Notes: generated from the letters alone by a model not told the origin. A DNA stretch of 64,000 nt from Porphyridium purpureum (GCA_008690995.1 VRMN01000006.1:372001-436000); one strand, 5' to 3'; positions 49,490-61,329 are shown, counted from the stretch's first letter. Numbers and translations are program-made.

Positions 49490-52318
49490 TCACCATGCGG
49501 AAAGGCTTTCCAACGCGTTTTGAGCCTTGGACGTTTCTTCCAGCTGCTTCGTGAGTCGAACCGTTTCTGCGCGAAGCGTACGGTTTTCCCTGTCCAAACG
49601 CTCGCAGCGATTCTTCAAAGCTACGGTTTGCTCATTGACACTGTGACTAACAATTCGCCCTGCGTCCGCCACTTCTGGCGGGCTGACTGAAGGCCCACTC
49701 CCATCTGCCGCAGGGGTCTGGGAGATGACAAACTCCTTGCGTGTCCGATGCTCACTCCCATCACTATCTACCGACTGCACGTCATCGACCGTTTCCGCAA
49801 ACGTGGGTTTCCTCGACTTTGAATGTGTCACGCTTACAGGGCGCTTTCGCAGCTCCAGCTGAAGGGCCGCGAGCTGCGCCTGCATTTTCTTTACCTTGGC
49901 GTTCGACTGCTCCACGGACGCTTCAAGCTTCTGTTTGAGGTCTTCCAACTCTTTCAAGCACTGCGCAGCGCGCTGCTGTGCTTCCTGGCCGTCAGCTCTT
50001 TCGCGTGCCAGGGCGCGCTCAACAGCTTGGCGAGACTCAGCGTCCGCTTTCAGGGCATGGATGCTCTGCTCTGCCTTACCCTGCGCATCCCGCCACTGAT
50101 CTGTGAGGATTACATTTAGCTGCTCCAATTCCTCAACACGGGCCTCAAGCTTCCGAACGTACGCGGTATCGGCGCCCCCGGAATCATGCTCTTTCTGGGT
50201 GACATCATGCTCGGCCAGTCCGGGACCGGCCGATATGCCGTGCACGCCGCTGTCCTCGCCTCGGTCGTTGTGCAGCGAGCAAGACTCGGCACGATGCAGC
50301 TCGGTTCGTAAAGCATCAAGCTCGTGCTCTAATTCCTGGATCGCTGCGTCACGCTGAGCCACCGCGGCCTTGGCTTTTTCGCGGAAAGCACTTCCTTCTT
50401 TCTCAGACTGTGCGTGAACACCACGTAGGAGCTCCAGTGCATCGATTTTCTCGTTCAAAGAAATCTCTAGTGCTTCCAACAGAGCGCTGCGCTCCCGGAG
50501 AAGCGCTGCACTTCGTTCATACTCCTCTGAAAGAGACAAATATCGAGCATCGCTGGCTACAAGTGCATCACGGCATGCCTCAAAGTCGGCCCGTACTTTG
50601 CTAAGCTCACCCTTGAGCTTCGCCAATGACTCTGCGCTTTCTGATCGAGCCCGCAAGGCCTCTTCCATGGACGCATCTGCGGCTTTCCGCGCATACTCGG
50701 CTTCATTTAAGCGCAGCTTAAGCAAATTAATTTCCCGTTGCATATTGTCAGACGAAAGCTTTTGGGAGGGCGCCTTGGCCTGCAAGGACTGCAGCTCCGC
50801 CTGCAACTTCTTCACCTGCTTTTCATGTTCTTCTTCATTCTCTTGGAGCGAGCGCTCTGCGGCGAGTAGAGAATACTTGAGAGATTCCAGTTCTTTCTTT
50901 GCGTTTGCAAGCTCTTTGTCCGCCGATGCCGCTTGTCTCTGCGCAGCTTCCAAGCGCAAGCTCAGAGCAGCGTGTTCTTCTTCCCTGTGGCGCTCTGTAT
51001 CCAATAGTTTCCGCTCCGCTTCGTCTTTCTCGTGCTGGACTTCCAAGAGCCGCTTGCTTGACTGGTCCAGCCTGGATTGAAACTCGCCCAATACTTGTTT
51101 CTCGACCTTTGCCCTGTCAGCATGAACACGCGCAGAAAATTCACTCTCCAGCCGCTCCTTTTCGCGCACGATCTCTTGCTCCACAGATCTTTCTGCACGC
51201 CCGACGTCGACGGGTGCCGCTAGCTTCGCCTGGTTTTCTCGCTCTGCGTACTGAGCGATCATCTCGCTGAGGCGCCCGCGATCCACATTTGCAAGCTGCA
51301 GCTGCTCGGTGCACTTCTGAAGCTCTGTTTCATACATTGTCATTTGCTCGCGTAGACCAGCTCGTTCATCTGCACCAAGTAGTTTCTCTTGGAGCTGCGC
51401 GTTCGCAAGTTCGAGGTCAGCAAGCTTTCTCTCGAGGTCAGCAAGCTTTCTCTCGAGGTCCATCACCCGGTCATTTCGAGAGCCCACAGGTCCTGAGCTG
51501 GACGGGCCTACGATTCTGGGACTAAATGCTCTTTTTGCATTCTGTGTTTCTTGAAGCGCGAGCTCGAGCCGCTCTTTTTCGGTCACCAAGGATTCGACTG
51601 TCGAGACCATCGCTTCCCACCGTGCCGCCAAGCGCGAAACACGGGCTTCCGGCTTCTCCTGGAGGTTTAAATATTCCTGAGGTTGATTCAGCTTTCGTAA
51701 CCACATTTCAATATCGTCACAGACACTGACGACCTCATCGGAAATCTCCGTCTGTACGCCTGCACTTGTGTGCTCACGATTAGGTTCTGACGCGGAGACA
51801 GTGCTATGCTCCACATGATTCTGAGATTGTCTGAGCTGAGCATTTTCTGCATCCAGCAGTTCCACCCGCTCTTCCAGCTCCGTACGCGCAGCACGAAGTT
51901 CAACGAGCTCCCGCTCGTGGTCTTGCTGGTTGTTTTGGTTTGTACGTGAGCCATGCAGAAGCTGCCGCAGCTGTGATTGCGCCTCACTCAATTCGTTCTG
52001 AAGTTGAGTATTTTCGCTCTTTTTCTCGAGGAGCGTTTTTCTCACAAAATCGCGTAGCTCTTTGTCCTTCTCCTGCGCCTGCTTAGCTTCATCTTCCCGT
52101 GCCTTCTTTTCCGCCTTTAAGCGCTCGTTGAGCTCCTGCACGGCTACTCGTTGCACCTGAAGTTCGGCCAGAAGCTGCGCGTCGCTCTGAATCGCGTGCG
52201 GGTCGCCACTGTCCGCCGCTGCTCCTGCGCTACGCGCCGCTGCGTCTGCATCCTGCACGGTCTTACTGAGCTCATCAAAGCCGCGCGCCAGCTTCTGTCC
52301 CCAGTCCCCGAAATCCAT
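49490..52318 (-). CDS. Long coiled-coil protein (golgin/myosin-tail-like)
   Basis: 942-aa ATG ORF, E/K/L/R-rich heptads throughout; short aromatic N-terminal motif MDFGDWGQKL. Confidence 0.85.
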   Translation of the reverse strand: MDFGDWGQKLARGFDELSKTVQDADAAARSAGAAADSGDPHAIQSDAQLLAELQVQRVAVQELNERLKAEKKAREDEAKQAQEKDKELRDFVRKTLLEKKSENTQLQNELSEAQSQLRQLLHGSRTNQNNQQDHERELVELRAARTELEERVELLDAENAQLRQSQNHVEHSTVSASEPNREHTSAGVQTEISDEVVSVCDDIEMWLRKLNQPQEYLNLQEKPEARVSRLAARWEAMVSTVESLVTEKERLELALQETQNAKRAFSPRIVGPSSSGPVGSRNDRVMDLERKLADLERKLADLELANAQLQEKLLGADERAGLREQMTMYETELQKCTEQLQLANVDRGRLSEMIAQYAERENQAKLAAPVDVGRAERSVEQEIVREKERLESEFSARVHADRAKVEKQVLGEFQSRLDQSSKRLLEVQHEKDEAERKLLDTERHREEEHAALSLRLEAAQRQAASADKELANAKKELESLKYSLLAAERSLQENEEEHEKQVKKLQAELQSLQAKAPSQKLSSDNMQREINLLKLRLNEAEYARKAADASMEEALRARSESAESLAKLKGELSKVRADFEACRDALVASDARYLSLSEEYERSAALLRERSALLEALEISLNEKIDALELLRGVHAQSEKEGSAFREKAKAAVAQRDAAIQELEHELDALRTELHRAESCSLHNDRGEDSGVHGISAGPGLAEHDVTQKEHDSGGADTAYVRKLEARVEELEQLNVILTDQWRDAQGKAEQSIHALKADAESRQAVERALARERADGQEAQQRAAQCLKELEDLKQKLEASVEQSNAKVKKMQAQLAALQLELRKRPVSVTHSKSRKPTFAETVDDVQSVDSDGSEHRTRKEFVISQTPAADGSGPSVSPPEVADAGRIVSHSVNEQTVALKNRCERLDRENRTLRAETVRLTKQLEETSKAQNALESLSAW

Positions 52319-52580
52319 ACCCGCCTGCGCTTACCCTGCCCACCGCAACCCGTGCCCACTCCTGTCGTTCGCGCCGACCCGTCCAAAGCCTCGGAGCGCC
52401 GTGCTTCCGCGCTCCCGCGCCTCCTTGTCGCAGCAACGAGTTGGCTCGTGTGGAGGGCAAAGACCAAGAAGACGTTTACTGATTGCGGCAGTCGTGCACG
52501 GGTCGTGCAGGGCGTTCTGGACGTCAACCTGCCCGGGTGTGCGACGGCAGAAGCGCCGTGCTTTCGTTGCAGCAGGCGTC

Positions 52581-53762
52581 TTATGAGACTGGGTCCGGGC
52601 ACTTTGTCTTCGAAAATGCAGCGTCCAACGCGGCTGCGAGTTCGGCAAGAAGGTCGTCGATGTGCTCAAGACCTACGGAGAGCCGGATGAGCGAGTCACT
52701 TATTCCAAGTCGCTCGCGGACGTCCGGCGAAACTGATGCATGAGTCATGAGCGCTGGATGCTCAATGAGACTCTCCACGCCGCCCAGGCTCTCAGCTAGC
52801 GTCATGATCGAGCAGTGCTCCAAGAATCGCTTACTCTCGAGCAGCCCGCCGTCCAGCACAAAGCTCAACATTCCGCCTGCACAATAGTTCTGACGCGCGG
52901 CGACATCGCGCTGCGCATGTGACTCGAGTCCCGGGTAGAGCACCTGGCGCACGTGTGGGTGCGCTTCCAGATACGCAGCGACCTGTCTCGCATTCGTCTC
53001 GTGCTGTCGCATTCTGACCGCCAATGTCTTCGCGCCGCGAAGCGCCAAGTAGCAGTCGAATGGTGACGGAACAGCACCGAGAGAGTTCTGCAAGAAGCGT
53101 AATTTGGAATGCAGGGTGTCGTCGCTCAAGCAGAGCATGCCCATGATTACGTCTGAGTGACCATTAATGTACTTGGACACAGAATTGAACGATACGTCTG
53201 CGCCCAGCTCGAGGGGTCGCTGGCAAAACGGGCTCATGAAAGTATTATCGACGACCAGCACAACTCCGGTATGTCCTCGAGCGATGCGCGCGGTCTGCGT
53301 AATGTCGACCACCTTCATGGTCGGGTTTGTCGGTGTTTCGAGCCATATCATCTTTGTTTCGGGCTCCATGGCAGATTCGAGGTGCTCTGCATGTGCGCCG
53401 AAATCCACAAACGAGAAGCGGATCCCCATACCTTTTGCGACCCTCCGAAAGTACCGCTGCGTGCCACCATACACATCATCAATGCAGACGACATGGTCGC
53501 CCGGCTTCAGCGTGTGCATCAGCGTCACGGTCGCGGCCAGGCCGGATGCGAACGCCAGGCCATGCTTGCCTCCTTCTAGCGATGCAACACACTGCTCTAG
53601 CCTCTCGCGCGTCGGATTGCCGGAGCGCGAGTAATCGTAGGCGCCCAGCGGATGTCCAGGCGAGCGCTGGGCAAACGTGGTGGACAGCTCAATCCCTGGC
53701 ACCACCGCGCCGTTTGCATCTGGCGCCTGTCCCACGTGCAGCGCGCGCGTCTCAAATTTCAT
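52581..53762 (-). CDS. CTH: Cystathionine gamma-lyase (PLP-dependent transsulfuration enzyme)
   Basis: FETRALHVGQ, YDYSRSGNPTR, FASGLAA, DDVYGGT, WLETPTNP, DNTFMSP, SVSKYINGHSD, AESLGG.ESL, MTHAS, IRLSVGLE. Confidence 0.95.
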   Translation of the reverse strand: MKFETRALHVGQAPDANGAVVPGIELSTTFAQRSPGHPLGAYDYSRSGNPTRERLEQCVASLEGGKHGLAFASGLAATVTLMHTLKPGDHVVCIDDVYGGTQRYFRRVAKGMGIRFSFVDFGAHAEHLESAMEPETKMIWLETPTNPTMKVVDITQTARIARGHTGVVLVVDNTFMSPFCQRPLELGADVSFNSVSKYINGHSDVIMGMLCLSDDTLHSKLRFLQNSLGAVPSPFDCYLALRGAKTLAVRMRQHETNARQVAAYLEAHPHVRQVLYPGLESHAQRDVAARQNYCAGGMLSFVLDGGLLESKRFLEHCSIMTLAESLGGVESLIEHPALMTHASVSPDVRERLGISDSLIRLSVGLEHIDDLLAELAAALDAAFSKTKCPDPVS

Positions 53763-54020
53763 GGCGACTCTCTCGCGCGTCACCGACACAGCCTCCACTC
53801 GGCTGCGTCTCTCGCTGGACACACGTCAACACCATGTCCAACTTATGCTGACACGGCTCTGCTGGGACACTTGACTTTCAGCTCCAGCCGCTTCTGCGAT
53901 TGGAGACGCGAAGGTGACGTTCAGACGGACGGCGACAGCGACAGCGGGAAGGGTGCAGAGGAATCCGACGAGGCTGGCAGCACCGAAAAAGTTGGGCTCG
54001 CGACATCTCGTGCGCCGGAG

Positions 54021-55469
54021 ATGCAAAGACAGACGTCGCGCCCGACGTCGCCCGCGACGGCAGCTGGATTAGACCGTCAACCATCGAGGACCAACCACGG
54101 GGTAAGCGGGCTGAACCGGCAGACGTCTCGAAACGCGAATGCGTCGACTGGGTTGGACCGGCAGGCGTCGCGTAATAGCAATGCATCAACGAGCTTGAAT
54201 CGGCAAGCGTCGCATACTAGCAATGCGTCGGCTGGGCTCAACCGGCAATCGTCTCGCAGTAGTAATGTGTCAACCGGCTTGCATCGGCACACGTCACGAA
54301 ACAGCAACGCGTCCGGCGGGCTTGGGCGCGAGCCATCGCGGGAGGCGCCGGGGCTTCTGAAGCTGGGCGCAAAGGGAAAAGTGGAGACTGAGGAGGCCAT
54401 TGTTCCGGAGCAGCTGTTGCGCACGCCCGTTACCGATTTCGTTGCCCCTCACAGTTGGGCGAGGGAGGTCCTGTACGTACCACACGTGTCGCTCCTTTTG
54501 GAAATGCGCGACGGACTGTTCATCATGTGGATGCTGGAGCAGAGAAAACGTTATTTGACCGAGATGGATCTGCGTGATTTATTTGTGTGGCTCAAAGACT
54601 TCACCGTGTTTGTGAGAAAATGTCTCGAGAACGATAGACAATTCCTGTTTGCGTTTTTAGCGCAATGTGGTGTCGCGGCGGCGCTTCCTGATGCACTACG
54701 TGCGGATGATTTGGCGACGCAAGAGGCGCAGATTAACTCCATGTTCAGCTCGATTCAGGCGCACGCATCCACCATCGACGCTAAACGCAATCCTGCAGAA
54801 TATGCTTTGCAGGCGATGAAGCAGGACTTTTGGCGGCTGTGCGAGTTGCTCTGCGGGCATTTGAAGGTTAAAGAGCGGAGCGTGCCGCCCGTACTCAGCG
54901 ACGCAACAAGCCTGGACCAGTTCACGCCCGCCGTAATGGACAAGATCATCGACCGACTGTTTGCAGAAGGTGACGTGGTGATGGGTTTATACGTTCGAAG
55001 TTTGGTTTCCTGCGACGAGCCCAGCTTTGGCTTCTGGCGAAAGCGTTACATCAAAATGCGCGACCGGTCTACGCTCGATAAGGCCGTGTACTGGTCCCAA
55101 AAGAACCATATTGACATCGTTTCCAAGGTCATGAAACGCCTGGAGCTCGTTGTGCAGCTGCCCATGAGCATGCCTGAAAAAATCGACATTGAACAAGCGG
55201 AACGCCGGCGCCGCTCTGCTGCGCGGCGTGCATTCGAGGTCAAGCTACAGGAGTCGGGGACGTCTAAGCGTGCAAGCTCAGAAGGCGGTCTGCTTCGGAA
55301 GCTGAGTCGCCTGGCGACAGGTGGCTCGCGCACTGGCAGCGTCAAGAGTAGCTCGCGCTCACTGTCGCAACATAGATCTGCTGCGGATTCGAGCTCACTG
55401 GCACGGCACAAATCTGCTGCAAACCCATCGCGCGCCCCAACAGTCAACGAGGACGACACTATCCTTTAA
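54021..55469 (+). CDS. Hypothetical protein: N-terminal 14-aa repeats plus degenerate hemerythrin-like helical domain
   Basis: Long ORF, start placed at ATG 54021; repeats L-x-R-Q-x-S-R; helical core with PHVSLLLEM, CLENDRQFLF, HLKVKERSVPP. Confidence 0.75.
   Translation: MQRQTSRPTSPATAAGLDRQPSRTNHGVSGLNRQTSRNANASTGLDRQASRNSNASTSLNRQASHTSNASAGLNRQSSRSSNVSTGLHRHTSRNSNASGGLGREPSREAPGLLKLGAKGKVETEEAIVPEQLLRTPVTDFVAPHSWAREVLYVPHVSLLLEMRDGLFIMWMLEQRKRYLTEMDLRDLFVWLKDFTVFVRKCLENDRQFLFAFLAQCGVAAALPDALRADDLATQEAQINSMFSSIQAHASTIDAKRNPAEYALQAMKQDFWRLCELLCGHLKVKERSVPPVLSDATSLDQFTPAVMDKIIDRLFAEGDVVMGLYVRSLVSCDEPSFGFWRKRYIKMRDRSTLDKAVYWSQKNHIDIVSKVMKRLELVVQLPMSMPEKIDIEQAERRRRSAARRAFEVKLQESGTSKRASSEGGLLRKLSRLATGGSRTGSVKSSSRSLSQHRSAADSSSLARHKSAANPSRAPTVNEDDTIL
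54069..54341 (+). repeat. Degenerate 42-bp (14-aa) coding tandem repeat, about 6.5 copies
   Basis: LDRQPSRTNHGVSG/LNRQTSRNANASTG/LDRQASRNSNASTS/LNRQASHTSNASAG/LNRQSSRSSNVSTG/LHRHTSRNSNASGG/LGREPSR. Confidence 0.9.
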
Positions 55470-56057
55470 GAGTGTTCTACTGGGCGCAACTCAAACCCAC
55501 CTTGCTGTTGCTTCTCGGGCGTCAAGTCGTTGTGGCAAACCAAAGTCAGCGGATCTCTCCGTTTGCGCCCAATGTGGGCTGGTCTCACGCGAAGCTCTGG
55601 ACCGACGTCCATCACCTACCATCACCAGCACCCAATGTGAAAACGATGACTGGGCACATTTGCTGACGCCGTCGTCGTCCCGCCACACATGAGCCTTAGC
55701 TGCCTGACGGGTTCAGGCGCATTCTCGCACGCATGACATGTGCTTCTGGCCCCGCCGTCTCGTTCTCACAGGCGGCCGCAAAAAAACCCACATCCTTTCC
55801 CGTTCAGATTTAACGTTTACCGGCAGGGAATTGAAAAGTGGTTGTGCGGGCTCGGCTCGGAAGCCAGGTCCCCTTTATGCTTGATCCCGCAGCACCACGC
55901 ACCGCGATCAAACTTGGCGCAACAGTCAAGGCACGCTGCCGCGGAAGAGGGTGCAACGTGCGCGCGTTGCGCGTCCGTAAGGACAGACCGAACGGCCGAG
56001 TCTACCCGTGCGTTCGCGCGCGCCGAGCCACTCCGCACGCGTTTTCGCGACTTGGAC

Positions 56058-56486
56058 ATGACGGCTCGATTGTGGAGTATCCTGCTCGTGCTATGCCTGA
56101 CGATGTGCGCGCAAGCTCTAGCCTGTACGGCGGAAAAGTATGTTCCTGCAAGCGCAGACGTGTGCCTATGCGAATGTTGTAGCCGGATCCAACCGCGAGC
56201 GTACAACTGTTCAAGCCGCATCAGCACCAGTAGAAAGGTGTCGACGTGCGATATTTGCTCACCGACTTTCTGTGCGCTCGCGTTTCCAGACCAGTGCGGC
56301 TCGAATTCCGCCGCCCAGGTCGTGCGCAGCCAGTGCGTAGAACGCGACGGCTGGCACCTCGTCGCTGCCCCGGCTCTTTTCATGTGCGTCTATGTTGTCT
56401 TGATGATGTGGGCATGGTTGGCGTACATGCGTCGCCCGAGTACATCGCAAAGCAAGGACGGGGAGCCGGCCTTCCGCACTCGGTAA
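56058..56486 (+). CDS. Small Cys-rich type I membrane protein
   Basis: Signal peptide (MTARLWSILLVLCLTMCAQALA), CLCECC...C...CDIC...FC...C...CVERD, C-terminal TM and basic stop-transfer. Confidence 0.75.
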   Translation: MTARLWSILLVLCLTMCAQALACTAEKYVPASADVCLCECCSRIQPRAYNCSSRISTSRKVSTCDICSPTFCALAFPDQCGSNSAAQVVRSQCVERDGWHLVAAPALFMCVYVVLMMWAWLAYMRRPSTSQSKDGEPAFRTR

Positions 56487-59400
56487 GAGTATGTTTGCCT
56501 CTGAGCCAATGCGCGACAACAGTTGACCGTCTGGCGCTTTGTGACCTTCTTTTGTGCATCAGTGGCAGAGTATTTGTGGTATGCGCAGAAGTGAAGTGTA
56601 CATGTAGGAGCGCTCAAGTTACCATGGTGCGGGCGTAGGTCGGCACAGGCTCCAGCACGTAACCTCTGTGGATGTCAGGTATCACAGAAACATGCAAGTT
56701 AAACCTCGTTCGCCGAAACTACTTCCCGAGCGGCAACCGCCGAGCGACGACGATAGCCTGAAATCAATTCACGTTTAAAGAGAGTCTTCGCGAAGGAACA
56801 GTCGGGCAACGGGTTCTACGTCTGCAGAACCGCAGGACTCAATGGGATACTCCGGTATGAATTTACGCAAGCGCAAGCAGTAGTGACATGCAGATTAGGC
56901 CTGTTCAGCTGACCTGTACCAGGAGATTTGCACTTTTCAACGGCGCGATTTACTCGTGTTGTGGGGGATATTCCGCGTCAGTTGCGGTGCATGCATCCGC
57001 TCTCGCAGGCGAAAGAGTCGGGATGACGGACATTTGCTCGCACATATTCGCACTGGCTTGAGCTAGCGAGAGTTCGCACTGCAACAGGAGCTTGCAGAAA
57101 GCGGGAGCTTGGCCTCGGTGTAGCGCTTGTCCTGTGACGAACGTCTAAGCTCGATGCGTCACTCACCTGATGCTTTCCTTGAGGCTCGACCGAACCAAGC
57201 AGGTGCCTCGCATGGTGTGCGGGAGCATTGAAATGCAGAAATTTTATGATGCTACAGAAAGGAAGTGTATCAAGCCCCGTGCAAGGCTCCCAGACAGACA
57301 TTTGCGCGATGTGGACACAGCTACCATGCAAGTCACCCGCGGACCTGGAACACCGCCGCACGTGGAGACATATTTTTCAACCCAAAGCCTTGCACGTACT
57401 CAGAGACGGTACGGATCCTTTTTGGCTCTGCGTTGTCTTGAACGTCGACACCTATCCAAGAAAGGCCAAGCGACGCTCCATGTCGAAGCACGATCGGGGA
57501 TCTCAATTACCTGCTCTTCGACGAGCGCTTTTTGTCGTGGTCAGCAGAATCCGGATTTCTTAACGCGGAGGATCTGTTTGCACTATGTGTACACGTCCAT
57601 TGATGCACCCCTCGAAGGCTGCAGTATGGCGTGCTCTTCGCGTCTGAGCAGAGCCACTGTTGGTCGCCGAGCGAAGCGTAAATTGAGGCAGCAGTGCCTG
57701 CTACAAGCGACACAAGGAAAGGTAGAAGGTGCCGAAGAATGGCAGTATTGACAAGTCTGTACTTGCCGGATGCGTGGGGCCCGGACCGGAGTCCATGCTG
57801 TTCGTCGCCGTGCAGGAGTTCTGCTGTGGACACGGCAGGGTTGGAGTACCCGTACATTCACTGGAAGACCAGCAGGATGCTTTGTCTTCACTACTTTCGC
57901 GAAGTGACGAGCAGACTTTTTGCAGGCAAGAAGCGAGAATTAGTGAGGAATAGCAAGCAAAGCCAACCAGGACATGCAAGCAAAAAGCTCATTTGAAATC
58001 ATTCCAATGCGCCACAGGTCGTGCCTTCGTCAGACACTCCGAACGGGCGGATGCGATTCGAAACAGGTGAAATGGGCACGTGGCAGGCAGCCGTGATCAA
58101 TATGCGCGCCGCAACGACGTATTTGAATCCGGGCCAAGCGGCGTCGGGGTACTTTGGCGAGTGCACTGAGACGCCGACAAGCAAAGGGCGCGAGTGAAGA
58201 GGCATCATGCCTGTTCTTCTCTCCCCCACAATCCGCTGTATTTATTTCTTCGTCACCTCGCCTCACGCAAGCTGACATCATACCCTTTCTTTCTGGAAAC
58301 AGCTGTGTCGGCAGCGAGCAACGCAGCTCTAGCCTTTGCCGTCGAGCAGGATTAGAGCACAGTCCACCTCGCTCTCGTTGCCCCCGAGCTATCCATTTCT
58401 CAAAGATACATTTCTCTCGTCAAGGACCAAGTATTCGCTCTTGAATGTAACACAGGATGTGCACTTTTCTGCGCACGTGTCAGAACCTCGTCCAAGTGCT
58501 TCCATTCGACAGTCAGAACCCTAATTGGGAAGCCCGGGCAGAGCGGCTTCACTGTGGCGTCACTACGGGTCGACCCGAAGGCGTTGACAAAGGACCATCT
58601 AGCATGGCAGTTGGCGGCTGCCGGCGCAACAAGAAGTCCAACCTGTAAGAGCACATATCAGGTCAGAGGACCGCAGTCTAAGAAGTGCGAAAAGGTTTTA
58701 TCAAGCGTGTGAAGAATGAAGTGGATACTTTCGTGTCTATGGAAGGCCGTAGCTACAGGATTGAGACACCGGGAGGGACTCCGAGTCAGCCGCCGTGCCC
58801 AGCTCCCTTGCGCACTTGTGCGCTCTTCGGAGCACCCAACACAAAGTCCGCTTTAAAACCAGCGACAGGAAGAACCTGGGTATTTAGTTATTCCAAGGCT
58901 GATCATTCCGTGATGGGACAACAGCGCCATGCAAAGATTGCGAGCGAATGCGCGATTCAGAGAAAGTGTCGTCGACGATATTCCGATGACCGCGGATGAT
59001 GCAGCCTTCCTCGGAGTCGATGTTGATGGGTGGTACTAAATCTTGGGACGAAGAGTTTTGCTGACGTATTCTTGTAGACGACGCAGAGATTAAGAAGAAA
59101 AGGGCTGAACTGATTCCAGCCTGCTTTGCTGATCGATATACCTGATGAGAAAATTGTGTGGACTCTCAGAAATACGTCACTGGCATGGAACTCCTACCGG
59201 ACTGAACACGACGGACATGACCAATGCCAATGAAGCAGTTCGACATCTATTTCTCCCAGACCATGGGCCGCAACATAGTGCATGGACTGCTTCCGACTTG
59301 CGTCTTGACTTCATTGAAGTTTCGCACTTTGAATGACTTGCGCTGCGATCGTATGCGATGATATGTGGTTTCGAGCGAGCGCTGGCACATCGCGCGGATT

Positions 59401-61329
59401 TTGCGTCGGTGTTTCCACAAGGACAGCCTCCGTTGCCGAATATGTGAGGACAAGCACGGTTGCGTGTGCGATGAGCTCAGCTTCAAATCAATTTTCACCG
59501 ATCCCGATTGGAAGTGTGTCCAAGTTTTCGGTGGAGCCCGTCAGTGACGTGGTGCAAGGGTTTTTGCTTGCACACCCAAACATCGTCTCGCGGAAGATGT
59601 GCACGAACCTATCTAACAGTGACACAGCAGATTTTCACGTGCAGTACAAGGAAATACGTAATAGATCCGTTTCCTTCGAGCGGCGTGTGCTGGCTCGCGT
59701 ATCGCTCCTTGCGCGAAAGGTCACCGCCAATATGACTCGTTTTGGTTTGGGTTTGAGGGAACATTTGAATGCTTGTAAGACGTGGCAGCAACAAAGTATG
59801 GATTTGTCGTCTTTGAGTTATACCGCCGCACTTTCCGTGAGGGAGTCCTTCAAGTACAACGATAATGATAGGCCTATGTTCGCGAAGGACGTACAGTGTT
59901 TCCGGAAACGAAATACGTACCGTTGCTTGACAGGCTGTCGTTGGAAGTAGATTCGACTCTGAAAGGCAAATGGCTTCGGACTATTTACGTTGGTGAGCTC
60001 GCCGAATTTCAGTCACGTGCTATTACATCATGTGACAGATCTTTGCTTCACACGTCCAAAAAACGGCACAACTTGTAAATCAGCTTGCCACGCACTGGCA
60101 GTTCGTGAAATAGTTAAGCGCGGTTTTGAAAACTGTACCTCAATTCTTTTTGGACGTGTTGCATTTGATGATTGACGTAAGTTCGCACGGTTTCAACTAC
60201 CATGTGTTGAACGAAGGGGCGCCGAAACAAGGGGTCGCGCCCGACAAAGTGCAGACGTATGACGCTTGAAACCCTGCCAAAATGTGCCGAGGGGTCGTAG
60301 CTTAGACGTATAAATACGCGAGCGTGCCAGTTTCCGGGGCACGCTCAGGTCCAAAATAAAGAGACACAACGGTGACGAGAACAAACAAAAGGTGCCCTGA
60401 AAAGTCAGCTCACGTAGAAGTCGGCAAACTTCCCCGCAACAGCGGTCAGGGGAGCCGATTGTAACCGTTAAGCAACAAGGCCGGATTCTACGACAATGAT
60501 TGAGTTGACAGGGGAAACTTTAAAAACCGTATTCGCCAGACCGCTGGACGCACCGTGCAGCCCTGCTCCAAGTTTTCGTTGCAGGCCCGGGTCGGATTTA
60601 AATGCACCGGGGATAGTACCATGCGTGAGGTTTCCACCAGATCATATCGACACATTTTTTGCGTATCTGCAAAAAAGCTCCGTACCACACCGATGTATTT
60701 GGAAATAAAACGAGATGTTGATATGCTTTAATCGTCACCTCATTTTCTCAACGAATGGAAGCTCGACGAGCAGTTGGACGGACAGATTGGTGTAGAACGG
60801 TGGCGAAGAGGTCGCTTCTGATGATGCCGCCACCTCGAAATTCGATTCATAAAGATAAATCCCGATATAACAGCGAAGTTCTTGCAACTACACATTAGAC
60901 CAAACATTGGAGGATCGCTCCCGCGAAGGAGAGTGGAAAGGGAAGCGTATCAAAAGTCTCGCACGATGGCGTCTATGCCAGTGAAAATGATGAAGAGATC
61001 TGCGAGAAGATGAGCCGAGCAGAATTGCGAATGGGGCGGGGTTCTTGACCGAAGAAAGCAGACATACACAGATCTCCTCTGTGTCATGATTAACGTCTAC
61101 TGCACCCTCCTAACCATACTACCCTGGTTGCAACCGGGCCCTAAAGTTGATATTAGGCTTTATAAACCGTAGTCTAGGAGCAGGGCTGGGATAGGTAAAA
61201 AAAGTCGCTGCAGTCGGCGGCTAGAGACGAGTGCAACGGAAGGCCGACGGAGCCAGTGGGATTGGGGTCAGGTTCTCAGTCGTTGGGGCTCAGGGGCAAC
61301 GGCGCGGTGGCAGGGCTGTAGCAGCCTAT

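Noticed and set aside
53652..53822. Apparent overlap of cystathionine gamma-lyase and the repeat protein
   Set aside because: The upstream extensions look non-coding; likely starts are 53762 and 54021.
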